A DNA stretch of 62,412 bases, counting the filler, from an uncultured bacterium (GTDB taxonomy: Bacteria > Auribacterota > CAZIXI01): the NCBI GenBank assembly GCA_964543115.1. It is 7 parts of 7 records of this genome, joined end to end, with 100 filler letters (N's around TTAATTAATTAA, not from the genome) between each part and the next. Parts side by side here need not be neighbours in the genome. Positions count along the whole stretch, not along the records: positions 1 to 8,859 come from CAZIXI010000138.1; positions 8,960 to 17,813 come from CAZIXI010000139.1; 5 more parts are not named here. One strand, given 5' to 3'. The notes beneath the pieces were generated by a model. That model was not told the DNA's origin. It was given only the letters and a program-made list of their open reading frames with translations, and made no database searches. Shown here in pieces: positions 1-9,417 of this stretch; the first letter of the stretch is position 1; each line of letters opens with the position of its first letter. The translations under genes were made by a program, and so were the position numbers.

Positions 1-589
1 AGGATGTATAAACCAACAGATTGCCGTTTGGTGACAGGTTAGGGAACAGATTGGGGCATTTGTCCCGGGTAACCTGTTTCTGGCCGGCACCGTCAAAATC
101 GGAAATAATAATCTGTTTATTCTTATCCCGCACTTTTTCAAAAGTAAGCCTGGTCTGGGCGATACCGGCCTCGCCGGTAACGGTGGTGGTAATACTGTCA
201 GTAAGGGCGTGGATGAGTTTACGGTACTGATCTTTGGTGCCGGAAAATCTTTTCCCAAGAATCATCTGCCCCTTACCGGCTTCATAGAGTTTACCTTCAA
301 CGGTGAGTTTATTGCCGGAAAGGTTATAAGAGCCGTGTAACACAAGTTCGGCATCGGCAACGGCCCTTAAGGGTTCGAAATAGTCGATCAGGGTAAGGTC
401 ATTGGTGATTGTTGTGAGCAGATTTTCGCCCAGGGTGCGTTCGATTTGGCCGCCGGCCTTAAATTCCTTGATGGCGATCTTTATTTTAGTTAATCTTCTT
501 TTGGTGATATCAAAACTTACTTCCTGGGCAGAAAGGGAAAGAGCAAAAAACAAGGCAATAAAAATAAAGATAAGTGTTTTTATTTTCAT
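1..589 (-). CDS. tolB: TolB, N-terminal part (runs off the window edge)
   Basis: Manually translated from ATG at 589: MKIKTLIFIFIALFFALSLSAQEVSFDIT...ITNDLTLIDYF...IHALTDSITTTVTGEAGIAQTRL...ISDFDGAGQKQVT...FPNLSPNG. Signal peptide, TolB_N domain and the first beta-propeller blade. Lies downstream of tolQRA. Confidence 0.88.
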   Translation of the reverse strand, partial: MKIKTLIFIFIALFFALSLSAQEVSFDITKRRLTKIKIAIKEFKAGGQIERTLGENLLTTITNDLTLIDYFEPLRAVADAELVLHGSYNLSGNKLTVEGKLYEAGKGQMILGKRFSGTKDQYRKLIHALTDSITTTVTGEAGIAQTRLTFEKVRDKNKQIIISDFDGAGQKQVTRDKCPNLFPNLSPNGNLLVYTS

Positions 590-1281
590 TCTAATCTGAA
601 CTCCACATTGACTGTCAATTTACCGTGTTTATATCCCGGCGGCAAAGGCGGCAGCGGCTGGGCGCTGCGCACGGCGGCCAGGGTTGATTTATCGAATACC
701 GCTACGCCTGAGGCGTTCCTTACCCGCAGGCCGTTTACCGTACCGTCTTTTAGAATGGTAAATGATACCATAGCCCCATAGTCTTTGGCTATGCTCATTT
801 GCGGCTGGCGCCAGCAGGAACTGATTTTTCCCTGGATAAAATCCAGATACCACTGGAAGGGGAAATTGTCACTGCTGGAAACGGTGGCCCGTAACTGCGG
901 GGTGGAGGTGATTTCCGGTTCCTGGAATTTCGGCAGGTCGGCTCTGGCCGTTGGTTCCTGAAACTTGGTTTTTTCCAGCTTGTTAGCGAGTTTTTGTTCC
1001 AGGGTAGGCCTTTTCTTGGGCTTAAAGACGGATTTTTTCTTGGGTTTCGGCCGTTTTTTTGGTTTTGGCCGGGTACGCTTTTTCTGCGGTTTTTTAACCG
1101 GCGGTTTTTTCTTTTTCTGTTGTTTTTTTATCTGCGGGGTTTTGGGCAGATTAACCAGTTTTACCTGATGCACTGTAGGCAGGCGGTGCCGGTATTTTTT
1201 CGGGAAAATACCCGGCAGGATGATAATTGCGAAAAGAACGCTTATATGGACAAAGGCGGATTCCTTGATTTCCCGTTTCAT
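586..1281 (-). CDS. tolA: TolA/TonB-family energy transducer
   Basis: N-terminal TM anchor with S-x-x-x-H (ISVLFA/HISV), Lys/Pro-rich linker, TonB_C-like C-terminus (FTILKDGTV...SGVAVFDKSTLAAVRSAQPLPPLP). Located between tolR and tolB. Confidence 0.82.
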   Translation of the reverse strand: MKREIKESAFVHISVLFAIIILPGIFPKKYRHRLPTVHQVKLVNLPKTPQIKKQQKKKKPPVKKPQKKRTRPKPKKRPKPKKKSVFKPKKRPTLEQKLANKLEKTKFQEPTARADLPKFQEPEITSTPQLRATVSSSDNFPFQWYLDFIQGKISSCWRQPQMSIAKDYGAMVSFTILKDGTVNGLRVRNASGVAVFDKSTLAAVRSAQPLPPLPPGYKHGKLTVNVEFRLE

Positions 1282-1288
1282 TCTTTAA

Positions 1289-1699
1289 TCATTCTTTAAT
1301 TTCAGTTGCCATACCCACCTGGGTAATTCCGGCGGAGTTCAGTTCATCCAGTACCTTGATTACCGTACCGTAACGCACCCCCTGGTCGCCTTTAATTACT
1401 ACTCCCAGCTCAGGTTTGGTCTGCAGCCGGTGCTGGAGCTGTTCCTTAAGTTCGGTGAGGGTAAGTTTATTTTTTTCGATATAGATATCACCGTTTTTCG
1501 CTACACTGACAATAATACTTTCTTTGGGCTTTAACTGGTGGGCCTCGGCTTCCGGCAGGTCAACGTTTATTCCCTGTTCAACCAGGGGGGCGATCAGGAT
1601 ATAGATAATAAAAACCACCATGATAACATCAATCAGGTTGGTGAGATTGATGTCACTTATTCCTTGATGGATATTCCTAAGTGACCGTTTCCTTCTCAT
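1289..1699 (-). CDS. tolR: TolR/ExbD biopolymer transport protein
   Basis: DINLTNLIDVIMVVFIIYILIAP...GINVDLPEA and IKGDQGVRYGTVIKVLD motifs. Confidence 0.92.
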   Translation of the reverse strand: MRRKRSLRNIHQGISDINLTNLIDVIMVVFIIYILIAPLVEQGINVDLPEAEAHQLKPKESIIVSVAKNGDIYIEKNKLTLTELKEQLQHRLQTKPELGVVIKGDQGVRYGTVIKVLDELNSAGITQVGMATEIKE

Positions 1700-2393
1700 A
1701 AAAAGACGCTCCGTAAGCGGCCTGCACGCGGGCCAGCAGCCGGGAGGAAAAGTTGTCCAGCTCCCGGGTCAGGGTGCGGATCCGGTTGGTGATCCAGTTA
1801 TAGACAACCAGGGCGGGAATAGCCACAATCAAACCGGCAACCGTGGTGACCAGCGCCTCGGAGATACCCGGCGCCACAACCGAAAGACTGGCACTGCCCA
1901 GGGTGGCCATACCGCGAAAAGAGATCAGTACCCCCCAGACCGTTCCCAACAGGCCCAACAGGGGGCTGACACTGGCGGTAGAAGAGAGCACTACCAGGTA
2001 CCGTTCCAGCCCGATAACCTGTTCCGAGATAGTGCAATCGGCTGTTTCGGCAATGCTGTCTAATTGCAGGTTACTGACCACATTGCCCCGGCCTTCTTTA
2101 AGGTTAATATCCAGCAAAGCGGAGAGGTCCTCAGCAATATTTTCATAGAGTACCTGGAAAGGAGAATTGCTGGAGGCCAGGCCCTGCTGGTAAAGAGCGA
2201 GAAAATCAGCGCCCCGTTTACGGAACAATTGCTGAAAGCGGGCGGAAGAGCTTTTAATTTCCCGCAACAGGCGCCATTTCATCGCTGCTATTGCCCAGGC
2301 ATAGATTGATAAAAAGAAAAGGATGATCAGGATCGCCCGGCCAAACCAGCCGGATTCCCAAAAACTGCTAACAAGCGCATTATTCATATCCAA
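1677..2393 (-). CDS. tolQ: TolQ/ExbB/MotA proton channel
   Basis: ASVSPLLGLLGTVWGVLISF and PGISEALVTTVAGLIVAIPA motifs. Confidence 0.92.
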   Translation of the reverse strand: MDMNNALVSSFWESGWFGRAILIILFFLSIYAWAIAAMKWRLLREIKSSSARFQQLFRKRGADFLALYQQGLASSNSPFQVLYENIAEDLSALLDINLKEGRGNVVSNLQLDSIAETADCTISEQVIGLERYLVVLSSTASVSPLLGLLGTVWGVLISFRGMATLGSASLSVVAPGISEALVTTVAGLIVAIPALVVYNWITNRIRTLTRELDNFSSRLLARVQAAYGASFYEKETVT

Positions 2394-2410
2394 CTCCCTC
2401 TGTTCTTTAT

Positions 2411-2439
2411 ATAATAAGTAAATGCATATTCCCTGTCAA
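2411..2439 (-). promoter_or_regulatory. sigma70 promoter of the tol operon
   Basis: Minus strand TTGACA-N17-TATTAT, just upstream of the tolQ ribosome-binding site. Confidence 0.7.
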
Positions 2440-2468
2440 TAAATTTATATATGATATTTCCATGAATT

Positions 2469-2984
2469 TTAACCTAATTTAATGCTCAGATTACAGCCTA
2501 ACACATCAGCTATTTTCTTTAACGTATCCAGGGATATGTTTTCCTTACCAGTTTCAATCTTAGAAATATATTGTTGAATTACCCCCATTTTTTTTGCCAG
2601 ATCTCTTTGGGTGTATCCCAGTTTCTTCCGTAATTTCCTGATTTGCCGGGAGATCTTCATTCTCTCCGGCGGGACAGGCTCGGCAGCTATGTCTCTTATA
2701 TTAACGCCCTGCTTTTTTAAATCTTCATAAATCTGTTCATATATTGTCTGCCAAAAAATTGCTCTATTCTTGAGCCAGCGGTCCCGACTGAGTTTTTTCT
2801 TTATTCTTGGCCACTTTTTGCAGAAGGTTACTTTATCAATCACGCTAAACGCTGTTATCGGATCAGCAATCCGGGAAAAGAGTTTTTCTGCGTAGATATA
2901 GAATTTTGGATGTCTTTCATCCGCTAAGATATTTCTTACCTCTTTTTCCGTGAGTCTGGTGTCCCAGAGCCAATTTGTTTTCAT
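2469..2984 (-). CDS. Putative antitoxin/repressor with C-terminal Xre (HTH_3) domain
   Basis: IRKLRKKLGYTQRDLAKKMGVIQQYISKIETGKENISLDTLKKIADVL is an Xre HTH. Starts 10 bp after the nucleotidyltransferase gene. Confidence 0.8.
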   Translation of the reverse strand: MKTNWLWDTRLTEKEVRNILADERHPKFYIYAEKLFSRIADPITAFSVIDKVTFCKKWPRIKKKLSRDRWLKNRAIFWQTIYEQIYEDLKKQGVNIRDIAAEPVPPERMKISRQIRKLRKKLGYTQRDLAKKMGVIQQYISKIETGKENISLDTLKKIADVLGCNLSIKLG

Positions 2985-2994
2985 TAATTCTACC

Positions 2995-3693
2995 TCAAGG
3001 AATCAGTTTCCGGGGAAGTTCCTTTAAAATTTGATCATCCAAGTGCCGCAGGGCTTTTGCTGTATCCACCCCCGGAGCCAAGTCTATAATCTCTAGTTTA
3101 AAGGTCATTCTTGGAAAACTGCGGTACCAGGCGATTAAATTTTCAGCTTTTCCAGTCGGGAAGTATTCCAGGAAAAAATCAGAAACCGGTTTATAATGTT
3201 GAGATAAATAAAAGATATCGTATAGGTCCCTGGCCGTTTGGCGGCCGGTAGGCATTATTCTTCCTGTAGTAGTCGATTTTTCTTGACCGCCGACAGCAAG
3301 AGCAACTTTACGAAGATAAATATCGTTTATGGAGTGTAATCCATGCTGAATCTTTTTTGTATTTTTCATGAAGTCTTGAACAAAATCCACCTTTAAAACA
3401 ATGCCTTTTTTAAGTTCCAGGGAGTATACCTGCATTGGTACCATGTGAGGATCATTTTGTTCTGCCTCTTTTTTGTAAGGAAAGGATGTTTTTTCTGAAA
3501 CAAATCTCATAATTTTATTAGGATCCTTCTGATTGTATTTTTGGCTAAAGAAGTCCAAATCCTCAGAAAACCTATGGCCAAAGTAAATGGCCAAGGCTGT
3601 TCCTCCAGAAAGGTAATAGGGCCTAAACTTTTTGGTTACCAGCCCGGCTATTTTCTTTTGCTCTTTTTGTATGTAAACAATATCCATTTTCAT
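2995..3693 (-). CDS. AbiEii/AbiGii-family nucleotidyltransferase toxin (type IV TA-like)
   Basis: YLSGGTALAIYFGHRFSEDLDFFS catalytic motif and C-terminal RDLYDI. Confidence 0.87.
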   Translation of the reverse strand: MKMDIVYIQKEQKKIAGLVTKKFRPYYLSGGTALAIYFGHRFSEDLDFFSQKYNQKDPNKIMRFVSEKTSFPYKKEAEQNDPHMVPMQVYSLELKKGIVLKVDFVQDFMKNTKKIQHGLHSINDIYLRKVALAVGGQEKSTTTGRIMPTGRQTARDLYDIFYLSQHYKPVSDFFLEYFPTGKAENLIAWYRSFPRMTFKLEIIDLAPGVDTAKALRHLDDQILKELPRKLIP

Positions 3694-3711
3694 AGCATTT
3701 TTTATAATAAC

Positions 3712-3781
3712 ATTATACTACTTATAAGTAGTATTGTCAATAAAAAAATACATATTTAAATACTACTTATAAGTAGTATTT
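3712..3781 (-). promoter_or_regulatory. Consensus sigma70 promoter with two palindromic operators
   Basis: Minus strand TTGACA (3735-3740)-N17-TATAAT (3712-3717). The perfect 20-bp palindrome ATACTACTTATAAGTAGTAT occurs at 3715-3734 and 3760-3779. Confidence 0.9.
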
Positions 3782-3991
3782 GAAGCGAGTAGATATAGAA
3801 TATGCTATAAAGATGGTTATTCTTAATTAAGTGTAAAAAAAAGGGTATTCGAGTGTAAATATATGAAAGATAAAGGAAGCGGGAATAATATGGATTGGCT
3901 GTTGAATAAGAATTTTATACAATTGTATTAAGAAATTATTCATCTTACAGACCTTAATCTGGGCAGAAGTATTTTAAATGGAGGTATTTAC

Positions 3992-4690
3992 GTGTATAAG
4001 AGAAGATTTTTTGTGCTTTTAACTTTAATTTTTTTTATGAATTCAATTATTACTGCTGCGCCGGATTATGAGGCTGTCCGCAAGAAGATGGTGGCGACGA
4101 CGATTAAGGAGCGCGGGGTAGAGGATGCGCGGGTGCTGGCGGTGATGGAGAAGGTGCCCCGGCACGAGTATGTACCGAAGCGCTGGCGGTTTCTGGCCTA
4201 TAGTGACCGGCCGCTGCACATTGAAGCGGAGCAAACTATCTCTCAGCCCTATATTGTGGCCTTAATGACTGAGCTAATGGCGCCGAAATCAACGGACAAG
4301 GTACTGGAGATCGGTACCGGCTCCGGCTACCAGGCGGCGGTGCTGGCAGAACTGGTGAAAGAGGTTTACACAATTGAGATCATCCCGCAACTGGCCCAAT
4401 CGGCGGGAAAACGCCTGCAGCGGCTGGGTTACAAGAATATTCACGTTAAATGCGGGGACGGCTACTACGGCTGGCCGGAAAAAGGGCCGTTTGACGGGAT
4501 CATTGTTACCTGCGGCGCGCCCAAGGTACCCCCGGCCCTGTTTGAACAGCTGAAGGAAGGCGGCCGGATGGTGATTCCGGTGGGGAAGGGTTACCAGAAA
4601 CTAATGCTCATCCGCAAGAAGAACGGCAAGATGGTGATGAAGTTCGTTACCGATGTGATTTTCGTGCCGCTGGTGGGAGGTCATGAGTAA
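3992..4690 (+). CDS. pcm: Protein-L-isoaspartate O-methyltransferase
   Basis: QTISQPYIVALMTE, VLEIGTGSGYQAAVLA, GDGYYGWPEKGPFDGIIVT and GGRMVIPVG motifs. Hydrophobic N-terminus. Confidence 0.95.
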   Translation: MYKRRFFVLLTLIFFMNSIITAAPDYEAVRKKMVATTIKERGVEDARVLAVMEKVPRHEYVPKRWRFLAYSDRPLHIEAEQTISQPYIVALMTELMAPKSTDKVLEIGTGSGYQAAVLAELVKEVYTIEIIPQLAQSAGKRLQRLGYKNIHVKCGDGYYGWPEKGPFDGIIVTCGAPKVPPALFEQLKEGGRMVIPVGKGYQKLMLIRKKNGKMVMKFVTDVIFVPLVGGHE

Positions 4691-4692
4691 GA

Positions 4693-4733
4693 CAAATGTC
4701 ACATTCTGGGTTCAACCCAAAATGTGACATTTG
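4693..4733. repeat. Inverted doublet of short palindromes (REP/REPIN-like) after pcm
   Basis: CAAATGTCACATT (4693-4705) pairs with AATGTGACATTTG (4721-4733). A related copy, CAAATCTAACATTTG, lies at 4891-4905. Confidence 0.55.
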
Positions 4734-5252
4734 GGGTATTATATAGGGTATTATATAGCTTTCGCTTTCCGCTTTCCCATATTCATATTGGCATTATCCA
4801 CGGATGCTTGTGCCTGTATAATTTATACCGTTACTGCAAGATTTCATGAATATTTAGTGTAGAGGTGCTGATTATTCTAATCTATTTTGCCAAATCTAAC
4901 ATTTGGGGATTAGACACCGACCGGCTCCGATACCAAAGAGATGTGGACAAATAATGTATCACTTTGATAATCAATAAGTTATCGTAAGTAGGTCGTAGCA
5001 TAACAAGGCATATTGTAGGCAAAAAGTTGTGTAATGTGAAAGTTGTCCCAGACTTCGCCTGGGACTGCTATTGTAGGAATGGATATAGACTGTACTTGCA
5101 TATTGCACAAACAAATAATATTAACCTAATATTTTTGATAGTACTACCTGAGATAAAGCTTTTGCGTGTTTTTGCTGTAAATTCACGCTCCATGTGCGTC
5201 ATTCTACAGTAAAATAACGCATGAAGGGTTGTTAATAAAAAGATTTGAAATA

Positions 5253-7022
5253 TTAGACTGATTGGTCGCTGGCAACTGCTGTAGGGAAAATATGTAATAC
5301 TCTTTCGTTGGTATGTTCTCCTGCCTCTTCAACAGCAGTTTGGAAAGGAACAGTGAGCGGCAGTGCATCTACAAAAGGGAAAATGAAAGGTGCCGGTTCT
5401 GACTCTGTTGGGGGTAAATCAGAAGGGATAAGCATTGGCTGATCAGGGTCTTTTTTCTGATAGGTATGAGCAAATGTGACGTATTTGCTTTCATGACCGA
5501 GTATTCTTCTTATATTCGCCAGTTGTAGATTAGATCGGAGATAGGCAGGGCCTTTACGGATATATAAGGATCGCATAATATAAAAACAATCTATGCCTAA
5601 TTTTTGAAGTTCTTTTACGACTTCTGGTATTAAAGTTGGAAGCACGGCGTCAGTTGAGAGGTTAAGGGATGTACATGCTTCTAATAAGAGAACTCCATTT
5701 TCATTCAGGTTGTTGTAGGCATTTACGATTACTTTAATTGGATCATATGTAAATGCATAGACAAAGAGCATGGTAATCAAATCTGCTTTTTCCGGTAACT
5801 TGGTTTCCTGGATATCAGAATGTAAAAAAGAGGCACCAGGATGCAAATCCCGGGGGCTAATAATATCCACTCCTGTTAGTTTTATCCCGAGTTGATGTAA
5901 TTGTTTTGTTTCTAGGTGTCTCGATAACTGATTTAATGCTTCTCCCTCGCCAGATCCCCAATCTGCCCAATGAGGCGTATCAAAGTTCTTCAGCAATTCT
6001 AGTATGCTTCCTTGTCTTTTGCCTGTTAGTGTTTGGAGCAAATCACCAAAAAACACTTCATACATACCGAGATAATAATTTCTTATTGCGCCTTGCTTAA
6101 ATAATTCTGACATAAGAATAAAAAGGCTTGCCGTGCTTTCGTCTAAATAATTTAACTGCTCGGGATGTTTTCTTTTTTCAAAATGCTTTATTATTGGGTT
6201 TGAGTTTCCCAGATCACAAAAGACATTTTCAATAAAGTCGCTTTTTTCTGAATAAGAGGCTACCTGACTATACAATGAAAGTAGGGGATGATTCTGCAGA
6301 GGACCGGGTAATAAGGCAGTTATTTCTTTTAAAAAATTTGATTTTTCCGGGTGTGAGTGAAGGAAAGATAATTCACCAAAAAAAGCAGCGAACTCCATGT
6401 TTATTCGAGACGGATCAGTATCCCGATTCCAGTGGATAGATGTTTCACCCATTAATCTTACTGTCGCATGGATCAATTGAGAAGCCAGAAAACAGGCTTT
6501 TAATTTCCTATCTTTTGCTCGTTGATCTGGTTCTAAAAACGCAACTTTTTCTTTAGAATCCGGAAAGAAGTCTTTAAGGTTTTCATCAAGCAGGAAGAAT
6601 ATTTCACCTGATTGCGGGTGGCGAAAGACTTCTGCTAGAGAGTCAAGGCCCTTGGCATAACGGATACGTTTAAATGGTAGATCATCTATAGAGGCGTCTG
6701 TGAGGGATACTTTTATTAATAAATCAGCTATTCTCTGAGTGCCCGGGAAATCGCTTGTATCTATTTCTCCCAGGGCGGCCTCCAACCAGAATTGGGGGAT
6801 TTCATCGCCCAGGGATATTTCCTTTGCTTTCGAAGCAGATCCAGGAGAAGGTGTATCTTGTTCCAGCGATGAGCTGGGAGCTAAAGTATTATTGCTTACC
6901 TTCGTGATATCTGCGAATAGAATATTTGTATTGCCAAAAGATAACGGGAGGAAAAGCGCTAGTAAGGCAATGTTAATTGCCTTAGACAAGGTACGACAAT
7001 CTGTTAATTTATAAATTTTCAT
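5253..7022 (-). CDS. Signal-peptide-bearing protein with class I SAM-dependent methyltransferase domain
   Basis: Hydrophobic N-terminus (IALLALFLPLSFG...ILFA), then NNTLAPSS. SAM motifs WADWGSGEG, LTGVDI, KADLITML and NLNENGVLLL. Confidence 0.7.
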   Translation of the reverse strand: MKIYKLTDCRTLSKAINIALLALFLPLSFGNTNILFADITKVSNNTLAPSSSLEQDTPSPGSASKAKEISLGDEIPQFWLEAALGEIDTSDFPGTQRIADLLIKVSLTDASIDDLPFKRIRYAKGLDSLAEVFRHPQSGEIFFLLDENLKDFFPDSKEKVAFLEPDQRAKDRKLKACFLASQLIHATVRLMGETSIHWNRDTDPSRINMEFAAFFGELSFLHSHPEKSNFLKEITALLPGPLQNHPLLSLYSQVASYSEKSDFIENVFCDLGNSNPIIKHFEKRKHPEQLNYLDESTASLFILMSELFKQGAIRNYYLGMYEVFFGDLLQTLTGKRQGSILELLKNFDTPHWADWGSGEGEALNQLSRHLETKQLHQLGIKLTGVDIISPRDLHPGASFLHSDIQETKLPEKADLITMLFVYAFTYDPIKVIVNAYNNLNENGVLLLEACTSLNLSTDAVLPTLIPEVVKELQKLGIDCFYIMRSLYIRKGPAYLRSNLQLANIRRILGHESKYVTFAHTYQKKDPDQPMLIPSDLPPTESEPAPFIFPFVDALPLTVPFQTAVEEAGEHTNERVLHIFPTAVASDQSV

Positions 7023-7097
7023 TATTCCCGGAAAGAAGTCAACTAAAGTTGGATTTAACTAATTAATTACATTATATAAGGTAAACGGTATCATATC

Positions 7098-7126
7098 AAT
7101 ATAACATAAAAATAGGCACTTGTCAA
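7098..7126 (-). promoter_or_regulatory. sigma70 promoter of the 5253-7022 gene
   Basis: Minus strand TTGACA-N17-TATATT. Confidence 0.6.
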
Positions 7127-7160
7127 TGGGGGGTGAGGTTTTGTCTTCTCTGGCAGTAGC

Positions 7161-8859
7161 TTAGGCGGCGGTGCTGATGTATAAGCGGCTGTTCTGGAAG
7201 GCTTTGAGTGTGTCGGCAATGCGGATAAATTCCAATGTGAAAAAGCCGTATTGCTGAAGATTGGTGATAACATCATTAATCATATCGTCAGTATAATCCA
7301 TGGTCGCCAGGAATCGCCAGATGAGGGTGTTTACCTGAGGATTGACCTTGCCGTCTTCAGTTACCGGCTGGTCCTTAATCCTGGCGTATAAGACGGCAAA
7401 GAGCAGGGAGGCATGAAAGGCGGATCCTTCAGTAAAGCTGACTATTTTCTGTATGTTCAGTTTTTTAGCGGTTTCTACCCCAGCAGTATCAGGGGCGGCG
7501 TAGGCGATATTCGTCTGTGCTATTGTCTCATCTGCCGCCAGCAGTGTTAGTGCGTCTTCTACACTGTCCTGTTGAAAGATGCTGCGTTCATATCTGCCGG
7601 TGGCCTTTAAGGCCTTAATGTATTCAGCCTTTTGTTCCGCGGTTGCCTCAGCCGGCATAACAAATACTACTTTGGTGTTTTCTCCCAGTTTACTCAGTAC
7701 CGCTTCCAATCCGGGGCGGTAGGTGAATGTCCAGGGCTGGCCCGCTGCCGTGGGCCGCTTAAGAGTTATGAAGTCTTCAAGATGATAAATAACCGCAGCG
7801 TTGGTATCCGGGCTAAGTGTTTCTTCTGCCGGTGTGTCGCGTAGTTTATCAATAGTTGCCTTGGTGTCTTTACTGACCGCATCCAGGCCCGAGAGGTAAT
7901 TGGTGCGCTGTGTTTCTCCCGCCTGAGTTTGCAGCCTGGCGGTATAGATGTCTTTTGTGTCTTCACCTTCGGTGAAATCGGAATCCCAGAGTCCCTCCCG
8001 CTCACCTTCTTTTAACTCGCTGAGATTGCTGTGGTCAAGTTCGTCTTTCCGGTATTCCTGCAGTTTTTGGGCTTCTTTCCAGAGGAGACTGCCTTCTATT
8101 ATTTTGCCCTTACTCTTGTCAGCGTCAAACTCCTCACCGAATTCCGCTTGGAAGGCGGCGACAATTTTGCCTTGACTGTCACCCACAATCCGGGCCAGTT
8201 CCTGAACGATAGTGAAGTAACTGGCATCAATTTCGCCGATGTCCAGATCCGGATCCAGGGAAAGCATTTCCAGGCCCTGGCGGAAGAGGTTAAACAATCC
8301 TTCCAGGGTGTCGGCGGAGATGCCCTGTTGGGCAGCTTGTATTTTGAGCAGATTAATCAATTTCTCTTCGGCGGAGAGTTTTTCACTGGTTACTTCTTCT
8401 TCCTGTTTCAGTTCTGGGAATTCTTCTATCAGGGCCAGCAGGATGGAGTTCATTAAATTACTGCTGCGGATGGCGGTTGTTGAGCCTAAAAGCTGCTGTA
8501 ACGGTTTACTGACTGCCGCGGCCAATTCAAAGAACTGGCTTTCGTCAATGTTAAGTTCTTTAATTTTCTGCCAAACCTGGCTAAAAGTAGTGCGGATATC
8601 CGTTTCCTGGGCATGTTCAATAGCCTCCAGCAGTGCCTGGAAAGTCTCATCATTATGGAAATTACTGCCGGTATCTACATCCAGCCCGAAATTTTTGAGG
8701 ATAGTGAGGATTTTGTAGGCGACAATCTCACTGATATCCATGGGCGCGCGGTGTATTTGACGAATTGGTTTCTGCTGGGTGTTAATGTCGCTGATAACGC
8801 CCGCATCAAGGCTGGCCAGGTCAGTGGAATCTGTAGTGATGGTAAAGCCGATAGGTTTA
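7161..8859 (-). CDS. C-terminal fragment of a large acidic hypothetical protein
   Basis: The frame stays open from the contig edge (8858) through the Met at 8741 to the stop at 7161. No recognisable family. Confidence 0.75.
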
Positions 8860-8959
8860 NNNNNNNNNNNNNNNNNNNNNNNNNNNNNNNNNNNNNNNNN
8901 NNNTTAATTAATTAANNNNNNNNNNNNNNNNNNNNNNNNNNNNNNNNNNNNNNNNNNNN
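8860..8959. other. Artificial contig spacer
   Basis: 44 N + TTAATTAATTAA (stops in all six frames) + 44 N. Confidence 0.99.
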
Positions 8960-9417
8960 CCGGCAGCTGGGTTAAATATTGTTGCCGGCAGGTGGGTGAA
9001 AAGGGATTGGTAGTGGGTATAGATAAAGGGGCCTCCCAGCCCGGGTTGGGGAAAAATGTTGTTATTATTCAGGAAGATATTTTTGAAATAGACAGGACTA
9101 AATTAAAACAGATTGTTACGCAATTTGATTTGGTACTCAGCGATCTGGCTCCCGCTACTACCGGCACTAAATGGCTGGATCAGGTGCGTTCACTGGAACT
9201 GGCCCGGCAGGCCTTCAATATCTCCCTGGAATTCCTTGTCTCCGGCGGTAATTTTCTGGTTAAGCTTTTTCAGGGACCGGATCTGCGCGAATTGCAGAGG
9301 GAATTAAAAAGAGTTTTTCAGGATGTAAGAATCGTTAAACCGAAGGGATCACGGAAAGAGAGTTTCGAGATATATTTGTTGGGTTTATGCCGGAAGGGTG
9401 AATCTACTTTTTCTTAA
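8960..9417 (+). CDS. rlmE: 23S rRNA 2'-O-methyltransferase RlmE/FtsJ, 5'-truncated
   Basis: GSWVKY...VVGID, FDLVLSDLAP, GGNFLVKLFQG and KPKGSRKESFEIY motifs. Confidence 0.9.

Noticed and set aside
965..1299. Phe-rich plus-strand ORFs opposite tolA
   Set aside because: They are shadows of the Lys/Pro-rich TolA linker. Most other short overlapping ORFs in the track were dismissed on the same grounds (opposite or alternative frame to well-supported genes).
4910..5252. AT-rich remainder of the pcm-methyltransferase gap, including ORF 5027-5212
   Set aside because: No RBS, recognisable motif, tRNA fold or att-like repeat could be supported.
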